Assembly: GCA_938082545.1 (NCBI GenBank)
Contig: CALKCL010000015.1
Coordinates: forward strand, 20,025 to 84,024
Length of the DNA stretch: 64,000 bases
Source: an uncultured Gammaproteobacteria bacterium
Lineage (GTDB): Bacteria; Pseudomonadota; Gammaproteobacteria; Ga0077536
Direction of reading: 5' to 3'
Shown here: positions 1 through 8,279 of the stretch, piece by piece
How the letters are laid out: the number at the start of each line of letters is the position of its first letter
Position numbering within the stretch: position 1 is the stretch's first letter
The notes under the pieces: model-generated
The model's database searches: none
Told to the model about the DNA's origin: nothing
The model's input: the letters and a program-made list of their open reading frames with translations, nothing else
Made by a program: the position numbers and the translations under genes

Positions 1-827
1 ATAGGATCTTCTGCTCTGACGCTCATGTGATGAATACGAGCTCGAGGCTTTAGGTTGTAGCGCTTTACTGCAGCCTCTGAGGCTATGAGCATTGCAGAAG
101 AACCATCACAAGTTTGGCTGGATACTGCTGCAGTAATACTCTTTAATCCAAAGATAGTATTTAGCTCTGACATTTTTTCAAGACTGGTTTCTCGAGGAGT
201 CTCATCATGATCAAGACCATTGAGTGGCACGATTTCTCGTTTAAAGCGTCCTTCTTTTATCGCGTGTAACGCTCTTCGGTGAGACTCTAACGAGTAGACT
301 TCCATTGCTTCACGCGATAGCCCCCATTTGTCAGCCATCATTTGAGCGCCTTTAAACTGCGTAGGTGGATCTTCTCCATATCTAGCCACCCATCCTGGCG
401 ACGTACTGAATGGATCTGGAAAACCAAACCCACCTGCCGCAACCGCAGAAGAACCAATCGGTATTTTGGTCATAGTTTGAACACCACCAGCAATGACTAC
501 ATCGTTAACTCCAGACATGACCGCTTGTGCAGCAAAATGCACCGACTGTTGGGAGGATCCGCATTGGCGATCAATTGTGACTCCTGGCACAGCTTCGCTA
601 TATCCCGCGGTGAGCCAGCATGTTCTAGCAACATCTCCAGCTAGAGGCCCGATGGCGTCTATAGTTCCAAATATAACATCATCGTATTCGTCGTCAGGAA
701 TCCCATTTCTCTCCACAATCGCTTTTATAACGTGAGCACCCAGATCCGCTGCATGAATATCTTCAAGAGAACCTTTGCGTCTGCCGGTAGGGCTTCTGAC
801 TGCATCAATAATGTAAGCTTCGTTCAC
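1..827 (-). CDS. acetyl-CoA C-acyltransferase (thiolase); N-terminal part only, the gene runs off the window start
   Basis: Absent from the ORF track (GTG start, truncated by the window edge). My translation of the minus strand from GTG at 827-825 reads VNEAYIIDAVRSPTGRRKGSLEDIHAADLG...TIDRQCGSSQQSVHFAAQAVMSG.... The RSPxG N-terminus and the DRQCGSSQQ nucleophile-Cys motif are thiolase hallmarks. AGGAGAGG lies 5 nt upstream of the GTG. Confidence 0.8.
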   Translation of the reverse strand, partial: MNEAYIIDAVRSPTGRRKGSLEDIHAADLGAHVIKAIVERNGIPDDEYDDVIFGTIDAIGPLAGDVARTCWLTAGYSEAVPGVTIDRQCGSSQQSVHFAAQAVMSGVNDVVIAGGVQTMTKIPIGSSAVAAGGFGFPDPFSTSPGWVARYGEDPPTQFKGAQMMADKWGLSREAMEVYSLESHRRALHAIKEGRFKREIVPLNGLDHDETPRETSLEKMSELNTIFGLKSITAAVSSQTCDGSSAMLIASEAAVKRYNLKPRARIHHMSVRAEDP

Positions 828-971
828 TGTAACCTCTCCTTGATTCTGTTAGTCCAGACGTTGTCGATGACGTTCTTCCATGATCAGAATATATCAGACT
901 CTCGGCAATAGAGCTTGCCTAGTTTTTCTTTTCTGTGCCTGTTGAATTCGCATTAAAATAGAAGTCTCTAG

Positions 972-2249
972 TTAGTCAATTATCTTTTCGGCGGTAGAAA
1001 AAAGAATCCAGATGATAGCGCCAAAGATATTGATCGCAGCACACAGAGTGAATGCCGAAGCAAAGGACCCTGTTGTATCCACAAGCCAGCCGGTGATGAT
1101 AACGCCAATGATCCCAGGTATTGTACCGGCAGTATTTGTGATTCCCATTAATACATCAGCATACCGAGGGGCTATGTCGAGGTGGTTAGGTACAAAACCG
1201 GACCACATCAAAGCAGCGAGACCAAGCGCTCCAGACATAAACGCCATAGCTAGATAAGGGTCGCTTACATCCTTTACTGCTAGCAAACAGGCAGCGGATC
1301 CTAGCAGACCGCTGACCTGCATTAATTTTCGTACGCTGGTTAAGCTCATGCCTTTTGCGTGAAGTTTGTCAGCGCCCATTCCCCCTAAGTTGCCTACTAT
1401 CAGCATACTGAGGTAGGGCGCGGCTGAGTAGAGACCTGCATTCATAATACTTAGGTCATGCTGGCTTCTGAAGTAACTTGGAAGCCACGCAAGCAACATA
1501 TATAGGATCCAGTTACTGCAGAAATGATTAATAATCAACGCCCAGACAGCTCTGCTCTTGGCGAATTTCCCCCAAGGAATCGACTGAGCTTGGTCAACAG
1601 GCGGTGTCAAAGGTAGCAGTAGATTTTTCTCCTCCTCAGAACATCTAGGATCGGTAGCCGGATCGTCATGAGCATAGAAATACCAAATTACTACCCACAA
1701 TGCTCCGCCAAGACCGAAGGAGTAAAAAGCAGCTGGCCAACCGTACGTTTCTACTAGCCACCCTGTAACCAGAAGAGCGAATAAGGTACCCAAAGGGATA
1801 CCGCCAACGAGTAATGAAACGGAGCGAGAGCGCTCGTTAGGTGGGACCCATCGGCTATATAAATTATAGGCGGAAGGGAACATAGCAGCTTCTCCCAAGC
1901 CCATTCCGATTCTGGCGGCTATGAGGACGATGATGCTAATCCCCGCAGCGAATGGAGTTAAAAAAGTAAAAAGAGACCACCATAAGACAGCAAAACCGAG
2001 TATAAGCTTGCCTCCAAGTTTATTTGCTAACCATCCACTAGGAATTTGAAAAAGCAGGTAACCAATAAAGAAAGAAGATAAGACATACCCTTTAGTAGTT
2101 TCGCTCCAACCAAATTCTTCTTGCATGGCTATAGCTGCAACCGAAATATTGACCCTGTCTGCGTAACAGATGAAAACCGCAAAAACGCACAAAGCTACGA
2201 TTGTGTATCGGCGAGGCCAATAGAAAAACTTACCGGATAAGCTACTCAT
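972..2249 (-). CDS. MFS transporter, anion:cation symporter (ACS)-like
   Basis: 425-aa ORF, hydrophobic throughout with about 12 predicted TM segments. The N-terminus (ADRVNISVAAIAMQEEFGWS, then GYLLFQIPSGWLANKLGGK) matches the MFS ACS-family pattern. Confidence 0.8.
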   Translation of the reverse strand: MSSLSGKFFYWPRRYTIVALCVFAVFICYADRVNISVAAIAMQEEFGWSETTKGYVLSSFFIGYLLFQIPSGWLANKLGGKLILGFAVLWWSLFTFLTPFAAGISIIVLIAARIGMGLGEAAMFPSAYNLYSRWVPPNERSRSVSLLVGGIPLGTLFALLVTGWLVETYGWPAAFYSFGLGGALWVVIWYFYAHDDPATDPRCSEEEKNLLLPLTPPVDQAQSIPWGKFAKSRAVWALIINHFCSNWILYMLLAWLPSYFRSQHDLSIMNAGLYSAAPYLSMLIVGNLGGMGADKLHAKGMSLTSVRKLMQVSGLLGSAACLLAVKDVSDPYLAMAFMSGALGLAALMWSGFVPNHLDIAPRYADVLMGITNTAGTIPGIIGVIITGWLVDTTGSFASAFTLCAAINIFGAIIWILFSTAEKIID

Positions 2250-2372
2250 GGAAAAGTTCCTTCATTTAGTATTATGAGCCTATATAAGTTATATTTAGTG
2301 TAATTTTATCAAACACAAATTTTTTCGTCTCTTTTAGTTTACGATATGTGGCGAGAAATAATGGAGCATTTA

Positions 2373-2654
2373 ATGCCAATTTATGAATATCAATGTAAAG
2401 CTAACGGTCGGACGGTTGAAGTGGTGCATCGTATGGCAGATCGCTTTTCCAGCTGGCAGGAGTTATGCGAGCATGCGCAAATAGGTCTTGGTGATACGCC
2501 CGGTGATTCAGAAGTCATTCGGATAGTTGGAGGGGGTAACGCTACTATGGCTCCTGTGACGACTTCTAAGTTATTAAAATCGGCCGGTGCAGCATCGACT
2601 AGTTTATCAGGCACTAGAGGCATGGCTGCACCTGCAAGGACCAATAAATTTTAG
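2373..2654 (+). CDS. FmdB-family (CxxC_CxxC_SSSS-like) small protein with a degenerate zinc ribbon
   Basis: The MPIYEYQC start is the signature opening of the FmdB/zinc-ribbon family. I place the start at the internal ATG at 2373 rather than the ORF-track ATG at 2346. Only two Cys remain (QCKANG, ELCEHA) instead of two CxxC knuckles. Confidence 0.5.
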   Translation: MPIYEYQCKANGRTVEVVHRMADRFSSWQELCEHAQIGLGDTPGDSEVIRIVGGGNATMAPVTTSKLLKSAGAASTSLSGTRGMAAPARTNKF

Positions 2655-2660
2655 TATAAG

Positions 2661-3095
2661 TTATTTTTTTGTTCGTCTTGCATCAGTGAGCAAAGAGGCA
2701 TAGCTCACCCCCGGACGGTTGTCTCCAGTCAAAGGAAGATTTGCCTCCCTCCACTCGTCCACGCCTTTTCGTAATATTTTTATATTTAAAAAGCCTGCCG
2801 CCTGGAGTCGCGTCGCAGCTTCCAGTACACGACTATCAGAATTGCCTCCAACGATAAGGACATCATCTTTTTTTAACGCGTGTTGAGCTACCAGTTCGAA
2901 GGCTGGACTCGGGTGTACTTCTTTAGCGGTAGGGTGAAAAAAAACAATCGGTATATTGACAGCCCGTCCTTTCGGACGATTGGTTGCAAATTCTGCGACC
3001 GTTCGCACGTCAACATATGTGCTGGTACCCTCTTGACCTATCTCCGCCGCAACGAGATCTGCGTTGATACTTTGATTCTCTAAATTATCATTCAT
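2661..3095 (-). CDS. rhodanese-like domain protein, probably non-catalytic
   Basis: VDVRTVAEF...NIP...LIVGGNSDSRVLEAATRLQAAGF...G..EW is the rhodanese fold pattern. The active-site loop reads GGNSDSR, with Gly where the catalytic Cys normally sits. I prefer the ATG at 3095 over the TTG at 3110. Confidence 0.65.
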   Translation of the reverse strand: MNDNLENQSINADLVAAEIGQEGTSTYVDVRTVAEFATNRPKGRAVNIPIVFFHPTAKEVHPSPAFELVAQHALKKDDVLIVGGNSDSRVLEAATRLQAAGFLNIKILRKGVDEWREANLPLTGDNRPGVSYASLLTDARRTKK

Positions 3096-3110
3096 CGTAG
3101 ATACTCTCAA

Positions 3111-3350
3111 TTATTTAAACGCGTTGACGAAGGGAGGAATGATTTGGCAGCGTGATCTTTGTGGGAGTGGTGTCGTTTCGCCAAGTTGGAAATTGTTGGA
3201 GGTGTCGCTTGGAGAAGTTGCCATTTGCTCTTTATGCAAGTGAATGATGCGGCCGTTAGGTGCTAAGGCAAATATGCAATCAATTATCTGTATTGCGGGT
3301 AGTGTTCCAAGTTCAGGGTGCTCAAGGTACTTCCTATCTGGATTTGACAT
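3111..3350 (-). CDS. hypothetical protein (79 aa)
   Basis: The ORF abuts the rhodanese-like gene on the same strand. I recognise no motif. Confidence 0.35.
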   Translation of the reverse strand: MSNPDRKYLEHPELGTLPAIQIIDCIFALAPNGRIIHLHKEQMATSPSDTSNNFQLGETTPLPQRSRCQIIPPFVNAFK

Positions 3351-3508
3351 CGATTATTTCTTCCTGGCTGTGGGATTTAAATAGTATTTTGGGCTATTTT
3401 TCGTTGATGTGCACCATATTTTGCTTAAACCGATGTTAAAGGTTTCAGAAGTACGGGTATACTTGAACATTAAATTCGTAGAGAAGCGGTTAAGGGGAGC
3501 TAAATAAA

Positions 3509-4162
3509 ATGTCGTTTGTACCTCAAAAAGAATTGGTCACAGGAGTCGAGCGTCATCCTTTAGATGCTGATGTCCCGAATGTCATAGAGAAGCTGTTCGC
3601 GCTAAAGAACCAATGTACAGAGTGTAATGTTTGTGAGGTCGCCTGTTCATTAGTGCACTCTCCGGACGGCACAGTGAACCCCCAGTATGCTAGGTTAAAA
3701 ATTGACCATGCACCGGACAAAGCGTCTCGTGTGAATCCAGATGGCTTAGGTTTCATTGCGGAAATCTGTCATCATTGTGGAAATCCACCGCCCTGTGCTG
3801 AAGTGTGTCCGACTGAAGCCTTCTATTATGATCCAAAAACAAAAGCTGCGGTCATAGAACAAGATAACTGCATCCAGTGCATGGAATGTGTCCCTGGTTG
3901 CCCTTTTGACGCCGTGTTTATTGCTCCGTCTGGCGAGCTTCTGAAATGTGATCTGTGCGGCGGAGATCCAGTGTGTGTTAAGGCATGCGCAGCGCGGCCG
4001 GAAATGCTCAATCAAGGTAAACAGTACGTGAGACTTCCTGTGTTGTTTTATTCCGAGCAGGCTGAATTCAATAAAGAACATAAGCAGGTCCCGGAAAAGA
4101 CAGATGAGGTAGGGATGATGCAAGCGATGCTAGAGGCAGGGACAATTTCAAGTCCGGCGTAA
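3509..4162 (+). CDS. 4x[4Fe-4S] ferredoxin-type electron-transfer subunit (AorA-like)
   Basis: Four Cys clusters: CTECNVCEVAC, CHHCGNPPPCAEVCP, CIQCMECVPGCP and CDLCGGDPVCVKAC. The gene lies immediately upstream of the AOR gene. Confidence 0.85.
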   Translation: MSFVPQKELVTGVERHPLDADVPNVIEKLFALKNQCTECNVCEVACSLVHSPDGTVNPQYARLKIDHAPDKASRVNPDGLGFIAEICHHCGNPPPCAEVCPTEAFYYDPKTKAAVIEQDNCIQCMECVPGCPFDAVFIAPSGELLKCDLCGGDPVCVKACAARPEMLNQGKQYVRLPVLFYSEQAEFNKEHKQVPEKTDEVGMMQAMLEAGTISSPA

Positions 4163-4192
4163 GTAGTTAGAGTTAATTTGGGGAGAAATATT

Positions 4193-6157
4193 ATGGAAAG
4201 TCGATTATTAAGAGTGGATTTGACCACAGGCGAACTCAAGAGTGAGGTCATCCCTCATAGTATATTTGAGAGATGGATCGGTGGCTCGGGAATTAATAAT
4301 TGGATTATGTGGGAGCATTTCCTAACTCACGACATAAATTGTGATCCGCGTGGCCCAGACAATATCTTCGTTTTTGGTGTTGGCCCGCTGGCTGGAACAG
4401 GAGCAGGTAGCGGGATTAAAGGACGCATTACCTTTAAGAGCCCTTGCTACAATATGTTCGGGGACTCGGCAGGGGGGGGGAAATTCCCATATATGTTGAG
4501 ATTTACAGCGTTCGAGTATATTGCGATTACGGGGAAGTCACCCAAACCGGTATATCTCCGGATCTGTAACAATGAAGTTTCTTTGGAAGACGCGTCTCAT
4601 TTATGGGGTAAAGACACCTTACAAACACATACTATGCTGCGTGAAGAGTTAGGAACCTATCCTTCAAAAGTTCATACGCTATCTATTAGTCAGGCGGGAG
4701 AGAACCAGGTAGGGATAGCAAGCGTTGTGTCTGATGCCTTAAGGATTCATGCAAGATGCGGCGGAGGTGCCGTCATGGGTTCAAAAAATCTTAAAGCAAT
4801 CGCAGTCCAGGGCAATGGTGGCCTTCCTATAGCCATGCCTGATGAAATGCTAGCCTGGTCCGATGATTTCCGGCAGAAAATAGACAGCAATGAAGCTGTT
4901 TATGGCTTCAAGCGTCGTGGAACCCTCGGTGCGGTTGAAATGTACCAACATATCGGAAGTCATTTTTGGCGGAATAATCAAGGGAATATGTTTCGCGGCG
5001 GAGAAATCACGTCCGATAACTGGGTGAATAAGTATCATAAGTATTCCGAAGTTTGTTCGTCAGACTGTTTCATTGCGTGTGACGCAAAATATAAAATTGA
5101 TGGGACTGAGTCAGAGGCTGCCAAGAAATACATTGGAGAGTCATTTAGACGGCCTGAGTATTTGACCACAGGAAGTGCGGCAGGAGCTTTAGATGTAAGA
5201 GACTGGGCTGAGGTTGCTCATTGGGGCAAAATCACCAATGATTATGGGATAGACAATCAAGACTTGTCATGTGCTATTTCGTTTCTCATGGAGCTTAAGC
5301 AGCGGAAACTAATTACAGATCAGGATGTTGTGGAGCTGTTTGGCCGTGAACAGAGTTTAGAATGGGGCAACATGGATGACATTGAAGCATGTCTCCATAG
5401 CATTGTTTTTCAGAAAGACTTGTTTGGTAAACTCTTTGGTGACGGGCCGTATCTCGGTGCGATTCGGTATTCCGAACTGAAAGGTCAGAATTTCATGAAA
5501 TATGCGACTTACGGAAAAGGTGGTGCCAGCTTTACCGAAGAGATGAGACCCTTCCCAACGTGGATGAACAATATGGCCGTCGCCTCACGTGGAGCCGATC
5601 ATTTAAAAGGGATTGGTTTAATCGAAAAATTCCAGCGTAAAGATCTATCTAAGATCTATTTTGACGGGCGTACAGAAGCTGCAGATCTCACTGTTCCTAC
5701 TTTAAAAGGGGCCTCAACCGCGCTCATCGAGAATCAGGTTGCTCTGTTAAATTCCTATGGAGTGTGCCTTTTCCATTGGATGCTCGACCCCGCCGGTTAC
5801 ACTCCTCAGGATTACTATGGAAAAGCTTATGCTGCTGCTACTGGGATTGACCGAACCCCAGATGAATTAATGCTTGATGGCGCTAGGATTTGCAATTTAG
5901 AGAAGGCTTTCAATTCAAGGATAGGTATGCGGCGAGAGCATGATACTGTGTGTGAAAGATGGATGTGGGAACCCACTGAAGAGGGTATGTATCCTGGATC
6001 GGTAGCGGCAGATATGTTCAATCCAGTTTTAGATGAATATTATGAGTGGCGTGGTTGGGATAAAGAGTCAGGTCTGCAAACCAGAAAATCTCTAGAGGCT
6101 TGTGGCCTAGATGACGTAGCTGAAGTACTGGCGCAAGAAGGTTCGCTCGCTAAATAG
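4193..6157 (+). CDS. aldehyde:ferredoxin oxidoreductase family (tungsto/molybdopterin) catalytic subunit
   Basis: The N-terminus LLRVDLTTGE...GGSGINNW... followed by GxGPLAGT and the overall ~655-aa length fit the AOR family. I take the start at ATG 4193, after GGGGAG at 4179-4184; the ORF track begins at TTG 4178. Confidence 0.88.
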   Translation: MESRLLRVDLTTGELKSEVIPHSIFERWIGGSGINNWIMWEHFLTHDINCDPRGPDNIFVFGVGPLAGTGAGSGIKGRITFKSPCYNMFGDSAGGGKFPYMLRFTAFEYIAITGKSPKPVYLRICNNEVSLEDASHLWGKDTLQTHTMLREELGTYPSKVHTLSISQAGENQVGIASVVSDALRIHARCGGGAVMGSKNLKAIAVQGNGGLPIAMPDEMLAWSDDFRQKIDSNEAVYGFKRRGTLGAVEMYQHIGSHFWRNNQGNMFRGGEITSDNWVNKYHKYSEVCSSDCFIACDAKYKIDGTESEAAKKYIGESFRRPEYLTTGSAAGALDVRDWAEVAHWGKITNDYGIDNQDLSCAISFLMELKQRKLITDQDVVELFGREQSLEWGNMDDIEACLHSIVFQKDLFGKLFGDGPYLGAIRYSELKGQNFMKYATYGKGGASFTEEMRPFPTWMNNMAVASRGADHLKGIGLIEKFQRKDLSKIYFDGRTEAADLTVPTLKGASTALIENQVALLNSYGVCLFHWMLDPAGYTPQDYYGKAYAAATGIDRTPDELMLDGARICNLEKAFNSRIGMRREHDTVCERWMWEPTEEGMYPGSVAADMFNPVLDEYYEWRGWDKESGLQTRKSLEACGLDDVAEVLAQEGSLAK

Positions 6158-6173
6158 GGTTGAGGTTTATATC

Positions 6174-6455
6174 GTGATAACAGTGCATGCTAAGTTTCAC
6201 AGCCATTTCAAAGAGCTCGCGGCTACTGGTGAGGATTCATTTGTTATTGAAATTACCACGGTGAGTGAATTCGCAAAATGTATATGCGACAAATATGGGT
6301 CTAGGATGAGAGCAATGCTGATCGACCCGAAAACTAACGAACTTAATGAGCGCGGAACAATGTTTGTTAACGAAAAGGGAATGAGAGTTTCTGCAGAAGA
6401 TATTCTTGAAGACGGCGAAACTATCACTTTTCTTGTCGGGATAGCTGGGGGTTAA
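6174..6455 (+). CDS. MoaD/ThiS-family sulfur-carrier protein
   Basis: 93 aa, ending in a C-terminal Gly-Gly (VGIAGG*), 16 nt downstream of the AOR gene. Confidence 0.7.
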   Translation: MITVHAKFHSHFKELAATGEDSFVIEITTVSEFAKCICDKYGSRMRAMLIDPKTNELNERGTMFVNEKGMRVSAEDILEDGETITFLVGIAGG

Positions 6456-6510
6456 AACTCTTCAGCTACGCTGACGATGCGAGATAGGTTTTCTCTTAAC
6501 CGTTCAGATT

Positions 6511-6855
6511 TTAGTCAACTAGTAACTTCTGATATATCTCCTCGTTAAAACCGACTATTAGATGCTTGCCACTTATTAAAGTAGGGGCTCTTAGGTTACC
6601 AGTTGGGCCAAGCATGCCGTTAATTAGGTCTTCAGGCACCTCCCCGCTAATTACAAAGGAAGCAACTTTTTTGCCCTTCGCTATCGTGATACTTTCAACT
6701 GAAGTGGCCAGACTTATTGCATCTGTTCGACTGAGTTTTCGTGACGCCGGAATAATCTCTTTTGGCACTAAGCTTTTGGCATCCAGAAACTTGGACGCTC
6801 TGACACAGCTTGTTCAGCCTTTACGAAAGTAGTACCAACCGATTTCTGTAGCCAT
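6511..6855 (-). CDS. ArsC/Spx-family thioredoxin-fold protein with in-frame TGA at 6816-6814 (candidate selenocysteine, U-T-S-C motif)
   Basis: The ORF track gives only 6511-6768 (GTG start, 85 aa). Reading upstream in the same frame gives ATG(6855) MATEIGWYYFRKG-TGA-TSCVRASKFLDAKSLVPKEII.... The TGA aligns with the first Cys of the CTSC motif of Spx/ArsC-family proteins. The C-terminus NLRAPTLISGKHLIVGFNEEIYQKLL is the family's conserved end. The total length of 114 aa is typical for the family. Confidence 0.6.
6770..6811 (-). other. SECIS-like stem-loop immediately 3' of the in-frame UGA
   Basis: Numbering the mRNA from the first nt after the UGA: lower stem AAGCU (+3..+7) pairs with AGCUU (+40..+44). 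Upper stem GCGUCCA (+16..+22) pairs with UGGAUGC (+29..+35), 7 bp including one G-U. The 6-nt apical loop is AGUUUC and contains GU. The distance from UGA to loop is about 23 nt. Confidence 0.45.
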
Positions 6856-6999
6856 TCAAGTGCCCTAATTTAATTCGTTTAGCATATTTTACGGATTATT
6901 CTTATAATGTGCACTATCTAAAACAACAATTGTTGGCGCGTGTAGGTTTTGAGCACCAAGTAAGTTGCGCTGCAGCGTCGCACAACAGGGGAAGCCGTA

Positions 7000-8238
7000 A
7001 TGAGAGACGTTCATATAGCAGGTGTCAGTATGACTAAGTTCGGAAAGTTTCTGGATAAAAGCCTAAAAGATCTTACAGGGGACGCGCTACATGAAGTATT
7101 AAAGGATGCAGGTTGTAATGGAAAATCGGTAGAAGCGGCATTTTTTGGCAACTGTGTTCAAGGTCACATGGAAGGGCAGGATATGGTGCGGGGAGAGATT
7201 GCGTTACGTCCGTTCGGAATAGAAGGTATCCCTGTCGTTAATGTGGAAAATGCCTGCGCTACAGCAAGTACTGCCTTTCACATGGCCGTTAATTACGTAA
7301 AGGCGGGTGCTGCGGATGTTGTTTTGGCAATTGGTGTAGAAAAAATGTTTTCTGAAGATAAGGCTCGGATGTTTAGCGCCTTTGATGGCGCGTGGGATGT
7401 TCATGAAGTTGAAAAAAGTAAGAGCCGCTTTGATGAAATGGCAGTAGGAGTAGAAATTCCTGAGGGAACTACCTCCCCTCGACCTTACAGCGTATTCATG
7501 GATATTTATGCAGGCTTTTGCCGAATGCATATGAGAGAGTTTGGGACAACCCAAGAGCAGCTTGCGATGATTGCTTCTAAGAACCATGAGCACTCGGTCC
7601 ACAATATACGCTCACAGTATAACAAGTCATTTTCTGTCGAAGAGGTCCTTGCTGCAGCGCCGATAACTTATCCTTTAACCTTACCTATGTGCTCTCCAGT
7701 AAGCGATGGGGCAGCGGCTGCCATAGTTTGTAGCGATGCTGGGTTAAAACGTTTAGAGCTTCAGGGAAGTCGTGCTACGAAAGTTTTAGCTAGCATATTA
7801 AGAGGTGGCAGTGACCGAGACTTAAGCGATTTTTCAAAGCATGCTAGTCGGCTAGCCGCTCTGACTGCTTACGAGCAAGCTGGTGTTGGCCCTGAAGACG
7901 TCGATGTGGCCGAAGTCCACGATGCGACAGCTATGGGCGAGGTGATGGAAGTCGAGGCTCTCGGTTTATGTGAGCTTGGCGGTGGAGGTCCTATGGCGGA
8001 AAACGGAGACAGCCGCATAGGAGGACGTCTCCCCGTTAACCCTTCGGGCGGACTAGAATCGAAAGGTCACCCTATCGGCGCAACGGGGTTGGGCCAAATA
8101 TATGAACTCGTGACTCAACTTAGAGGCGAATCAGGCCAGCGTCAAGTCGATGGTGCGCGTATTGCAATTGCTCAGAATGGAGGTGGTATTGTTGGGATCG
8201 AGGAAGCTGTCACCGCTATTACCATTTTGGGCGGTTAA
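7000..8238 (+). CDS. thiolase-like protein, SCP-x / lipid-transfer-protein type
   Basis: MRDVHIAGVSMTKFGKF..., NVENACATASTAF (active-site Cys) and NPSGGLESKGHPIGATG match the SCPx-type thiolase pattern. Confidence 0.8.
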   Translation: MRDVHIAGVSMTKFGKFLDKSLKDLTGDALHEVLKDAGCNGKSVEAAFFGNCVQGHMEGQDMVRGEIALRPFGIEGIPVVNVENACATASTAFHMAVNYVKAGAADVVLAIGVEKMFSEDKARMFSAFDGAWDVHEVEKSKSRFDEMAVGVEIPEGTTSPRPYSVFMDIYAGFCRMHMREFGTTQEQLAMIASKNHEHSVHNIRSQYNKSFSVEEVLAAAPITYPLTLPMCSPVSDGAAAAIVCSDAGLKRLELQGSRATKVLASILRGGSDRDLSDFSKHASRLAALTAYEQAGVGPEDVDVAEVHDATAMGEVMEVEALGLCELGGGGPMAENGDSRIGGRLPVNPSGGLESKGHPIGATGLGQIYELVTQLRGESGQRQVDGARIAIAQNGGGIVGIEEAVTAITILGG

Positions 8239-8279
8239 TCCTCGAGCGGTTAGCACTCTGAGCTAAGGAATTTTCAGTT

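Noticed and set aside
342-735. Two overlapping plus-strand ORFs (100 aa and 80 aa) at the window start.
   Set aside because: They are antisense to a clear thiolase reading frame (DRQCGSSQQ) that the ORF track missed, because it starts with GTG and is cut by the window edge.
2661-3110. Whether the rhodanese-like gene could be a second Sec-containing protein; rhodanese-type selenoproteins exist.
   Set aside because: There is no in-frame TGA. The active-site position is encoded as Gly, so this is a Cys-less variant, not a selenoprotein.
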